This document shows, one piece after another, positions 1 to 7,106 of a stretch of 12,692 nucleotides of DNA (within the stretch, counting starts at the first letter, position 1; every line of letters starts with the position of its first letter). The position numbers and the translations under genes were made by a program. A model generated the notes under the pieces. It was not told where the DNA came from. It was given only the letters and a program-made list of their open reading frames with translations, and ran no database searches. Origin of the DNA: Gemmatimonadota bacterium (GTDB lineage Bacteria; Gemmatimonadota; Gemmatimonadetes; Longimicrobiales; RSA9); NCBI GenBank assembly GCA_040905425.1, contig JBBDRO010000040.1, positions 17,260-29,951 on the forward strand, in the 5' to 3' direction.

Positions 1-28
1 CCGTCCCGTGCGGGTAACTTCCAGCTGT

Positions 29-54
29 TGGAACCCCACTCCTGCACCGAGGTA
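29..54 (+). promoter_or_regulatory. Candidate ECF (SigW-like) promoter for the nfeD-floA operon
   Basis: TGGAAC(29-34)-N16-GGTA(51-54), compared with the B. subtilis SigW consensus TGAAAC-N16-CGTA. The homologous B. subtilis yqeZ-floA-yqfB operon is SigW-dependent. Motif match only. Confidence 0.3.
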
Positions 55-62
55 CCGAAGGC

Positions 63-1430
63 ATGCCGAGCTCCTGTCGAACCGCCTTCCACCAGATCGG
101 CCGCGGGGCCGCGCTGCTGCTGGTCGCCGTCGTGCTGGCGGGGGCCGCCCGCCAGGCGGCGCCGGGGGCCGTCTGGCGCATCCCGCTCACGGGTGTGGTG
201 GAGCTGGGGCTGGCGCCGTTCATCGAGCGCACGATCCGCGAGGCGGAGGCGGCCGGCGCGGCCGCGGTGATCCTGCACATCGAGACGCCGGGCGGGCGCG
301 TGGACGCCGCGTGGCGCATCGTGGACGCCGTCAAGAACGCCGAGGTGCCGGTCTATGCCTTCGTGGACCGGCGCGCGCTCTCGGCCGGAGCGCTCATTGC
401 CCTGGCCACGGACCGCATCTACATGCGTCCCGGCGGCACCATGGGCGCCGCCACGCCGGTCACCGGCGACGGGGTCAAGGCTTCCGAGAAGATGGTCAGC
501 GCCATGCGCAGCGAGATGCGGGCGCTGGCCGAGGAGCGCGGCCTGGATCCGGCCGTGGCCGAGGCCATGGTGGACGAGAGCATTGCGCTGGAGGGCCTGG
601 CCGCCGAGGGCAAGCTGCTGACGCTCTCCACGGAGCAGGCTGAGGCGGTGGGCTACGCGGAGCCGATGGAGAGCTGGGACGCCCTCGTCGCTTCCCTGGG
701 ACTGGCGGACGCGCCGCTGCACGAGGCGCGCCTGAACTGGGCGGAGAAGCTGGTGCGCTTCTTCACCAATCCCATGGTGGCGCCGCTGCTCCTTTCGCTG
801 GGGTTCCTGGGGCTCATGGTGGAGATCAAGGCGCCCGGGCTCGGGCTGCCCGGTGGGGTGGGCGCCACCTCTCTCGCGCTCTTCTTCGGCAGCCACCTGC
901 TGCTGGGCCTGGCCGGTCTGGAGGAGATCCTTCTGCTGCTGGCCGGTGTAGGCCTGATCGCGGTGGAGGTGTTCCTCATTCCCGGCTTCGGCATTGCCGG
1001 CATCGCGGGTATTCTGGCCGTGGTGGCCAGCATCTTCTTCAGCCTGGTAGGTCCCATGGCCACTGCGGCGGATCTCATCACGGCGGCGAGTGTGGTTTCC
1101 CTCTCCGCGCTCGTGGTGATCCTGGCGGGCTGGGCGCTGGTGCGGCGACTGCCCCGGAGCGGACGGTTCTCCAGCTCCGGGCTGCTGCTGGGCGAGTCCA
1201 CCCGCAGCGACACCGGCTACACGTCCTTTGCCATCCGGGGTGACCTGGTGGGCGCCGAGGGCGTGACCTTGACCGACCTCCGGCCCGCCGGTGCGGCGCG
1301 CTTCGGTGACGAGCGCATCGACGTGGTGGCGGAGGCCAACTGGATCGAGTCCGGCACCCCCGTGCGCATCGTGCGCTCGGAGGGGTACCGGCACGTGGTG
1401 GTGCCGCACGTGGCGGCACCCTCCGAGTAG
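63..1430 (+). CDS. nfeD: Long-form NfeD family protein (YqeZ/NfeD1b-like): ClpP-like protease domain, TM domain and C-terminal OB fold
   Basis: N-terminal hydrophobic segment; ETPGG, ALSAGALIA (catalytic Ser region), MGAATPV, SEKMVS (catalytic Lys region) and GKLLTLS motifs; several TM helices (EIKAPGLG, EVFLIPGFGIAG); C-terminal TDLRPAG...IDVVAE...IESGTPV OB fold; adjacent to floA. The exact start is uncertain. Confidence 0.93.
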   Translation: MPSSCRTAFHQIGRGAALLLVAVVLAGAARQAAPGAVWRIPLTGVVELGLAPFIERTIREAEAAGAAAVILHIETPGGRVDAAWRIVDAVKNAEVPVYAFVDRRALSAGALIALATDRIYMRPGGTMGAATPVTGDGVKASEKMVSAMRSEMRALAEERGLDPAVAEAMVDESIALEGLAAEGKLLTLSTEQAEAVGYAEPMESWDALVASLGLADAPLHEARLNWAEKLVRFFTNPMVAPLLLSLGFLGLMVEIKAPGLGLPGGVGATSLALFFGSHLLLGLAGLEEILLLLAGVGLIAVEVFLIPGFGIAGIAGILAVVASIFFSLVGPMATAADLITAASVVSLSALVVILAGWALVRRLPRSGRFSSSGLLLGESTRSDTGYTSFAIRGDLVGAEGVTLTDLRPAGAARFGDERIDVVAEANWIESGTPVRIVRSEGYRHVVVPHVAAPSE

Positions 1431-1463
1431 CTCCTCACTCCTTCTCAAGAAAACGAGCCGACG

Positions 1464-2465
1464 ATGGAAGAACTCGGATTCGGGGCCGTCTTTCCCGTGT
1501 TCCTGCTGGCGTTCGTCATCTTTCTCATCATCCTCATCACCTGGATGGTGCCCGTTCGCCTGTGGGTGGAGGCGGTCTTCGCGGGCGTCCGGGTCAGCCT
1601 GGGGGACCTCATCGGGATGCGCCTCAGGAAGGTGAACCCGGCGGCCGTGGTGCGGCCGCTCATCGCCGCCACCAAGGCGGGGCTGGATCTGGCCAACGGG
1701 CCGCTCGAGGCGCACTACCTGGCCGGCGGCCACGTGGACCGCGTGGTCAAGGCGCTCATCAGCGCGGACAAGGCCAACCTTGGCCTGTCCTTTCAGCAGG
1801 CCACGGCCATCGACCTGGCGGGCCGCGACGTGCTGGAGGCGGTCAAGGTGTCGGTGAACCCCAAGGTCATCGACACGCCTCGCGTGGCGGCCATGGCCAA
1901 GGACGGCATCCAGCTCATTGCCACGGCGCGTGTGACCGTGCGCGCCAACATCAACCGCCTGGTCGGCGGCGCGGGCGAGGACACCATCCTGGCGCGCGTG
2001 GGTGAGGGCATCGTGTCCACCATCGGCTCGGCGGATTCGCACAAGAGGGTGCTGGAGAACCCGGACGCCATCTCCAAGGGGGTGCTGGCCAAGGGGCTGG
2101 ACGCGGGCACGGCCTTCGAGATCCTGTCCATCGACATTGCCGACGTGGACGTGGGCAAGAACATCGGCGCCGAGCTGCAGACCGATCAGGCGGAGGCCGA
2201 CAAGCGCATTGCCCAGGCCAAGGCCGAGGAGCGGCGCGCCATGGCCGTGGCCGCCGAGCAGGAGATGGTGGCGCGCGTGCAGGAGATGCGCGCCCGGGTG
2301 GTGGAGGCCGAGGCGCAGGTGCCGCTGGCCATGGCCGAGGCGTTCCGCAACGGCAACCTTGGCATCATGGATTATGCAAGATACCGTAACATGGTTGCTG
2401 ACACGGACATGCGTAAGGCCATCGCAGGTGGTGATCCGGGCATGACCGGCAAGGCGGCGGAGTAG
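1464..2465 (+). CDS. floA: Flotillin-like protein FloA (YqfA)
   Basis: N-terminal TM helix; [96 protein letters not shown] and GNLGIMDY motifs; 333 aa; follows nfeD. Confidence 0.96.
   Translation: MEELGFGAVFPVFLLAFVIFLIILITWMVPVRLWVEAVFAGVRVSLGDLIGMRLRKVNPAAVVRPLIAATKAGLDLANGPLEAHYLAGGHVDRVVKALISADKANLGLSFQQATAIDLAGRDVLEAVKVSVNPKVIDTPRVAAMAKDGIQLIATARVTVRANINRLVGGAGEDTILARVGEGIVSTIGSADSHKRVLENPDAISKGVLAKGLDAGTAFEILSIDIADVDVGKNIGAELQTDQAEADKRIAQAKAEERRAMAVAAEQEMVARVQEMRARVVEAEAQVPLAMAEAFRNGNLGIMDYARYRNMVADTDMRKAIAGGDPGMTGKAAE
2359..2387 (+). promoter_or_regulatory. Candidate internal sigma70-type promoter within the floA 3' end
   Basis: TTGGCA(2359-2364)-N17-TACCGT(2382-2387), in a patch where synonymous codons switch to A/T-ending. 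Confidence 0.3.
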
Positions 2466-2468
2466 CGC

Positions 2469-3197
2469 ATGGAGGACCTCTTCCCGGTCCTTATCATCGT
2501 GCTCTTCATTGTCCTGCCGCTCGTGGAGAAGGCGCTGAAGGGCGGGAAGGGCAAGGACACGCCCCCGCGCTCGCCGGGGTCGGGGGCGCCCGCGCAACGC
2601 CGGGTGCCGGGCGAGCGGAAGCGGCCGGAAGTGATGTCGGGAGGCGTGCTCACGGAGGGCCGGCGGGAACAGCCCGAGAGCGCGGCCGACATGGTGCCCG
2701 AGGACCTGTGGGCGGTGCTCACCGGGGAGCAGCGGTCGACCCGCCCGCCGCCCCGGCGCGCGCCCGCGCCCCCGACACCGCGGGAAGGGCCGCCGGTGGA
2801 GGCGGTGGCGTGGAAGGTGGAGAGCGAACGCGATCAGGTGGACGCGCTCCTCCAGGGGCGCATCGACGAGCAACGGCGGGAGGTGCGGGAGCGGGACGAG
2901 CGCATCCGCCGCTCCCGCCTGGCGCGCCCCGAGCACCTGCGGCCGGCCCCGCGCGTGGTGTCGCTGGAGACGCCCCTCGGCGATCCGGACAAGCGCCACG
3001 AGCGCTTCCACGACAAGATGGACGCCATCACCGCCACCGAGGTGGGCCGGGCAGGTACGCGGCGCAGGAGCGCGGGCATGCTGGACGAGCTGGCGCTCGG
3101 CAGCCAGGCCGAGCTGCGCCGAGCCCTCGTGCTGCAGGAGGTGCTCGGAATGCCGCGGTCCATGCGGACGCTGGAGGACACCTACACGGACCGTTAG
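2469..3197 (+). CDS. YqfB-like membrane-anchored hypothetical protein, third gene of the nfeD-floA operon
   Basis: Starts 3 nt after the floA stop; N-terminal TM helix; Pro/Arg-rich, probably disordered middle; C-terminal LRRALVLQEVLGMPRS resembles the 'EILGPP'-type tail of floA-downstream proteins. Confidence 0.75.
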   Translation: MEDLFPVLIIVLFIVLPLVEKALKGGKGKDTPPRSPGSGAPAQRRVPGERKRPEVMSGGVLTEGRREQPESAADMVPEDLWAVLTGEQRSTRPPPRRAPAPPTPREGPPVEAVAWKVESERDQVDALLQGRIDEQRREVRERDERIRRSRLARPEHLRPAPRVVSLETPLGDPDKRHERFHDKMDAITATEVGRAGTRRRSAGMLDELALGSQAELRRALVLQEVLGMPRSMRTLEDTYTDR

Positions 3198-3231
3198 TTT
3201 GCTGGGGCCGCGGCCACGTCCGCGGCGGCTG

Positions 3232-3314
3232 GCCCGAGTGGCGGAATGGCAGACGCGGCGGACTCAAAATCCGCTGGGGGCAACCTCGTGTGGGTTCGAA
3301 TCCCACCTCGGGCA
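3232..3314 (+). tRNA. tRNA-Leu (anticodon CAA), 3' CCA not encoded
   Basis: Acceptor stem GCCCGAG/CTCGGGC; D arm TGGCGGAATGGCAGACGC; anticodon stem GCGGA/TCCGC with loop CTCAAAA (CAA at 3265-3267); long variable arm; T arm GTGGG-TTCGAAT-CCCAC; discriminator A3314 followed by TGA. Confidence 0.97.
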
Positions 3315-3318
3315 TGAA

Positions 3319-3355
3319 GGGCCGCAACGGTTTTGGCCGCTGCGGCCCGTTCTTT
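3319..3355 (+). terminator. Intrinsic terminator after tRNA-Leu
   Basis: GGGCCGCA(3319-3326) pairs with TGCGGCCC(3341-3348), with further inner pairing, followed by GTTCTTT. Confidence 0.7.
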
Positions 3356-3377
3356 ATCCAGGCGCCTTCCGGCGCCT

Positions 3378-3417
3378 CTGTAAGATTCCCACCTCCACCG
3401 GCATTACAGGGGTGGAG
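3378..3417 (+). promoter_or_regulatory. Candidate promoter/regulatory region of the ECF sigma operon
   Basis: The only space between the terminator and the sigma start. It holds TGTAAG(3379-3384)-N17-CATTAC(3402-3407), an inverted repeat CTGTAA/TTACAG, and CTCCACC(3393-3399) complementary to GGTGGAG(3411-3417), which contains the SD. Confidence 0.35.
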
Positions 3418-3425
3418 AATCAAAC

Positions 3426-3962
3426 ATGAAAACACAACCCGATCCCACCGATGACGGCCGCCTGGCGGCGGCGGCGCGCGCCGGCTCGCTGGACGCGCTG
3501 GCCGAGCTGTACCGCCGCCATGCGGATGCGGTGCACGCCGTGGCGTATCGCCTCACCGGCTCGGCCGCCGACGCCTCCGACGTGCTCCAGGACGTCTTCG
3601 TGGGGCTGCCGAGGGCGCTGGAACGCTACCGGGAGCAGGGCAGCTTCGCCGCCTGGCTGAAGCAGGTGGCGGCCCGCGTGAGCCTGATGCGCCTCAGGGC
3701 CGAGCGGCGCAGGGGTGAGCGCCCGCTCGACGAGGCGCACGAGGCGGGCGGCATGGCCGCGCCTGAGCTGCCGCTGGAATGGTTGGAGATGCGCCGGGCG
3801 CTGGCGGCGCTGCCGGACGCCTACCGTGCCGTGTTCGTGCTGAAGGAGATCGAGGGATACACACACGCGGAGATCGCCGGGATGCTGGGCATCTCGAGCG
3901 GTGCCGCCGCCACGCGCCTGTCCCGCGCCTGGACCGTACTGCGCAGGGAGCTGAAGCCATGA
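3426..3962 (+). CDS. ECF-family RNA polymerase sigma factor
   Basis: 178 aa with only regions 2 and 4: DASDVLQDVF, GSFAAWL, LPDAYRAVFVLKEIEGYTHAEIAGMLGIS...TRLSRA; GGAG SD upstream; coupled to an anti-sigma gene. Confidence 0.95.
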   Translation: MKTQPDPTDDGRLAAAARAGSLDALAELYRRHADAVHAVAYRLTGSAADASDVLQDVFVGLPRALERYREQGSFAAWLKQVAARVSLMRLRAERRRGERPLDEAHEAGGMAAPELPLEWLEMRRALAALPDAYRAVFVLKEIEGYTHAEIAGMLGISSGAAATRLSRAWTVLRRELKP

Positions 3963-4750
3963 CGAGACACCCCGACATCGTGCGCCTGCGCCGTTTCGCC
4001 GCCGGTGAGCTGGTGGGAGCGGGGCGCGCCCGTACCGCGCGCCACCTCGAACACTGTGACGCCTGCCGCCGCACCAGCCGGTGGACGGACGACGTGGTGC
4101 GCACCGCCGCGCTGGCCATGGCGCCCCCGGCCCCCGCGGACGCCTGGGCCGCCATCGAGCGTCGCGCGCGCAGGGACGAGGCGCTCATCCTCCCCGTGGC
4201 TGACCCGACGCGAGTCGCCGCGCCGTCGCTCCGGGGGGCGCGCCTGGCGGTGCTGGCGCTGCTGCTGGCCGGCGGGCTGGCGGCCGCGGTGCCCGGCTCG
4301 CCGCTCCGGGCGTGGATCGAACGGGCCGTGCGCGCCGCGGTCACGGAGACGGACGTCCGGCCGCCGGCGGGCGAGCCTGCCGCCACGGTCCCCGAGGTGA
4401 CCTACGTCCTGCCCGCCGCGGTCGGCACCGCGGTGGTGGCGCTGGAGCGGCCCGGCGGCGCCGTTGAGCTACGCGTCCGGGTGGGGGCCGTGGATGAACT
4501 CGAGGTCCACATGCAGGGTGCCGCGGTGGCTGCGCAGGTGCGCACCGCGGCCGGGCGGCTGACCATCACGGGCGCCGCGGGCGGCCGCATTCAGATCATC
4601 CTGCCCGCCGCACTGGCCGACGCGCGTATCGAGGTGGACGGGGTGGTCTATCTCACCAAGCGGGGCGCCGCCGTGACGGTGCTGGCGGCGGAGGCGGACA
4701 GCCTGGGTCCGGTGATCATCCTGCCCGTTCGCCCGGGAGGCACGCCGTGA
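3959..4750 (+). CDS. Zinc-finger (ZAS, zf-HC2) transmembrane anti-sigma factor with extracytoplasmic C-terminal domain
   Basis: ATG at 3959 overlaps the sigma stop (ATGA), so the ORF-track start at 3779 is over-extended. N-terminal H...HLEHCDAC (HxxxCxxC, 4043-4066), a single TM helix LAVLALLLAGGLAAAV, then a beta-strand-like domain; 263 aa. Confidence 0.85.
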   Translation: MTRHPDIVRLRRFAAGELVGAGRARTARHLEHCDACRRTSRWTDDVVRTAALAMAPPAPADAWAAIERRARRDEALILPVADPTRVAAPSLRGARLAVLALLLAGGLAAAVPGSPLRAWIERAVRAAVTETDVRPPAGEPAATVPEVTYVLPAAVGTAVVALERPGGAVELRVRVGAVDELEVHMQGAAVAAQVRTAAGRLTITGAAGGRIQIILPAALADARIEVDGVVYLTKRGAAVTVLAAEADSLGPVIILPVRPGGTP

Positions 4751-7104
4751 CGCACCTCATGCTCATGCTGCTGGCGCTCGCCACGGGGGGCACCCTGCAG
4801 GGCGTGGTGCGCGTGGAGGGCACAGGCGAGCCCATCTCGCAGGCCACGGTCCACATTGAGGAGCTGGGGCGCACCGCCGTCACCGATGCGCGCGGCTTTT
4901 ACGTGCTGCCCGACATACACGCTGGCAGCCACCGCGTGGAGGCCCGTGCGCTGGGGCACGTGCCGGCCGTGCTTACGATGCGCACGGACGGTGCGGCCAC
5001 CCTGCGCCTGGACTTCGACCTGGTGGTGCGGCCCGTGCGGCTGCCGGGCGTGGACGTGCGCGGCGCAGTGACCGGGGACAGCCTGGCGCCGCCCCCGCCG
5101 GCCGACGCGGGTCCGCCGGCCGCGCGTATGGCGTCCTTTGCGCTGCGCACCCTGCCGGGGGTGGTCGAGCCCGACGTGCTCCGCGCGCTGCAGATCCTGC
5201 CCGCGGTGGCCGCCATCTCGGACTACTCCTCCGCGCTCTACGTGCGGGGCGGCTCCGGCGATCAGAATCTCATCACCCTGGACGGCGTCCCCCTGTTCAA
5301 CCCGTATCATCTGGGCGGGATCTTCAGCGCGCTGGCGCCCGACGCCGTGGCGTACGTGGATATGCGACCCGGCGCGCTGCCGGCGGCACTCGGGGATCGG
5401 CTCTCCGGCGCCGTCACCATCCAGACGCGCAGCGGAGCCCGCGACCGTGTGCGGGGCAGCGGGGCGGTGGGGCTGATCTCCTCGCACGGCACGCTGGACG
5501 GTCCGCTGCCCGGTGGCCGCGGCACGTTCCTCCTCACGGGCCGCCGCACCTACCTGGACGCCGTATCCGACGCCGCCTACGGCCTGGGCATCACGGACAT
5601 CACCGTGCCGTACGGCTTCTGGGACGTCCTGGGCCGGGCCACGTACCCGGTGGGCGAACAGGCCACGCTCACCTTCACCGGCATCCTGAATAGGGAGGGC
5701 GTCCACATCCCCGAGCGGATGCGCCGCGAGGTGGACGCCACGGCCGATTTCAGCTGGGGCTCGCGCATGGCCACGGTAGGCCTGCGCCGTCCCCTGGGCG
5801 GGGGCTATCTGCTCGACGCCCGCGTGGGCTACACGGACTTCTCCGGCGGCTTCGACGCGTGGAGCATGGGCTGGAGCGGCAGCATCTTCTGCGAATTCGA
5901 CGGCTGCGACTATTCGGCGGCCAGGCGCGACTCGACACACGTCGTGGAAGCCCGCACCGCCATCCGGGACGTGGTGGCGGGTGCGGATCTCACCCGCTTC
6001 GGCCTCAGGCACACGCTCCGCGCCGGCTTCCAGGTGGATGCGTACGCGCACGACAACGCCCTGCTCACGCTGGACGACTTCGATTCCGACTACCTGAGTC
6101 CCTTCGACCAGGCGGGCCGCCTGGCCACCGTGGCCGCCTACGTGGAGGACGAATGGCATCCCAGCGCGGCCGTGCAGCTGCGCGGCGGGCTGAGGGTCCT
6201 GCACGCGGGCCGCCTCGGCACGGCCTGGCTGCCGCGCGTGGGCGCCCGGTGGCAGGCCAGCCGGACCGTGGCGCTCAGCGCCGGCGCGGGCATGTACGCG
6301 CAGGCCATCCGCAGCATGAAGGATGACGAGGCGGTGACCGCCAGCCTGGTAGCGTACGACATCTTCGCCACCCGGCCGGAGGGAGGCGGCCTGGCCCGCT
6401 CCGCCGACGCTGTGCTGGGCGTGGAGTACCGGGGCCAGGACCTGCTGCTGCGCGCGGAGGCGTACGCCCGGAGGCTGGACGGTCTCGTGATGGGGCCGGA
6501 TCCAGACGATCCGCTGGAGGTGCCGCCGCTGGTGGTGGACGCCTTCCAGTTGGGCCAGGGTACCGCGCATGGCCTGGAGCTCACCGGCGCCTGGCGGGCG
6601 TGGTCCGTGGACTTCCGGGCGGCGTACGCGCTGGCGTGGACGCGGCGCACGGTGAATGGAGCCACGTTCGTGCCGCGCTTCGACCGCCGGCATCGCGTGG
6701 ACCTGACCGCGGACCGGCCCCTGGGGGCCAGCGGCCTGCTCACGGCGCGCCTGGCGCTGGCCACCGGCCAGCCCTACACCCCCGTGGTGGGGCTGACCGT
6801 GCCCGTGCGCTTCCGACCGGGGCAGGGAAGCTGGGAGCGCGCGTACCTGGGCCGTGTGGTGCTGGGGGAGCACAACAGCGCCCGGCTGCCCGGCTACCTG
6901 CGCCTGGACCTGGCGGCGCGACGCAGCTTCGAGCGCCGCTGGTTCGGACGGGCGCTGACCCTTACCCCCTACCTTCAGGTGGTCAACGTGCTGAACACGC
7001 ACAACGCCCTCGTGACCGAGCCCCAACTGTGGGGCGGGCCGCGGCTCACCTACTGGCCGGAGCTGCCCGTCCTGCCGAGCTTCGGCGTGGAATGGCGGTT
7101 CTGA
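4747..7104 (+). CDS. TonB-dependent outer-membrane receptor with N-terminal carboxypeptidase-regulatory-like domain
   Basis: GTG start with GGGAGG SD, overlapping the upstream stop. N-terminal GTLQGVVR..TGEPI..ATV...TDARGFY; plug DVLRALQILPAV...LYVRGGSGDQNLITLDGVP...GDRLSGAV; barrel motifs AAYVEDEW, LPRVG, PRFDRRH, RLPGYLRLDL; terminal FGVEWRF. Confidence 0.95.
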   Translation: MTHLMLMLLALATGGTLQGVVRVEGTGEPISQATVHIEELGRTAVTDARGFYVLPDIHAGSHRVEARALGHVPAVLTMRTDGAATLRLDFDLVVRPVRLPGVDVRGAVTGDSLAPPPPADAGPPAARMASFALRTLPGVVEPDVLRALQILPAVAAISDYSSALYVRGGSGDQNLITLDGVPLFNPYHLGGIFSALAPDAVAYVDMRPGALPAALGDRLSGAVTIQTRSGARDRVRGSGAVGLISSHGTLDGPLPGGRGTFLLTGRRTYLDAVSDAAYGLGITDITVPYGFWDVLGRATYPVGEQATLTFTGILNREGVHIPERMRREVDATADFSWGSRMATVGLRRPLGGGYLLDARVGYTDFSGGFDAWSMGWSGSIFCEFDGCDYSAARRDSTHVVEARTAIRDVVAGADLTRFGLRHTLRAGFQVDAYAHDNALLTLDDFDSDYLSPFDQAGRLATVAAYVEDEWHPSAAVQLRGGLRVLHAGRLGTAWLPRVGARWQASRTVALSAGAGMYAQAIRSMKDDEAVTASLVAYDIFATRPEGGGLARSADAVLGVEYRGQDLLLRAEAYARRLDGLVMGPDPDDPLEVPPLVVDAFQLGQGTAHGLELTGAWRAWSVDFRAAYALAWTRRTVNGATFVPRFDRRHRVDLTADRPLGASGLLTARLALATGQPYTPVVGLTVPVRFRPGQGSWERAYLGRVVLGEHNSARLPGYLRLDLAARRSFERRWFGRALTLTPYLQVVNVLNTHNALVTEPQLWGGPRLTYWPELPVLPSFGVEWRF

Positions 7105-7106
7105 CC

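Noticed and set aside
3172..3200. Dedicated tRNA promoter with -10 TAGTTT overlapping the upstream stop codon
   Set aside because: Plausible, but there is no convincing -35, so support is too weak to list as a feature.
3314..3317. tRNA without encoded CCA as a sign of a pseudogene
   Set aside because: Many bacteria add CCA enzymatically, and all arms are intact.
2708..3454. ORFs spanning the tRNA (2708-3454, 3028-3435, 3199-3429)
   Set aside because: They run through a canonical tRNA and its terminator.
3779..3958. N-terminal extension of the anti-sigma ORF
   Set aside because: Lies inside the sigma gene; the ATGA-coupled start at 3959 puts the ZAS motif at its normal N-terminal position.
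4648..7026. 792-aa minus-strand ORF
   Set aside because: Antisense shadow of the TBDR gene; high-GC codon bias depletes stops, and the protein has no recognisable motifs.
6600..7106. N-terminal extension of the lipoprotein ORF
   Set aside because: Lies inside the TBDR gene; the signal peptide and lipobox begin at ATG 7107.
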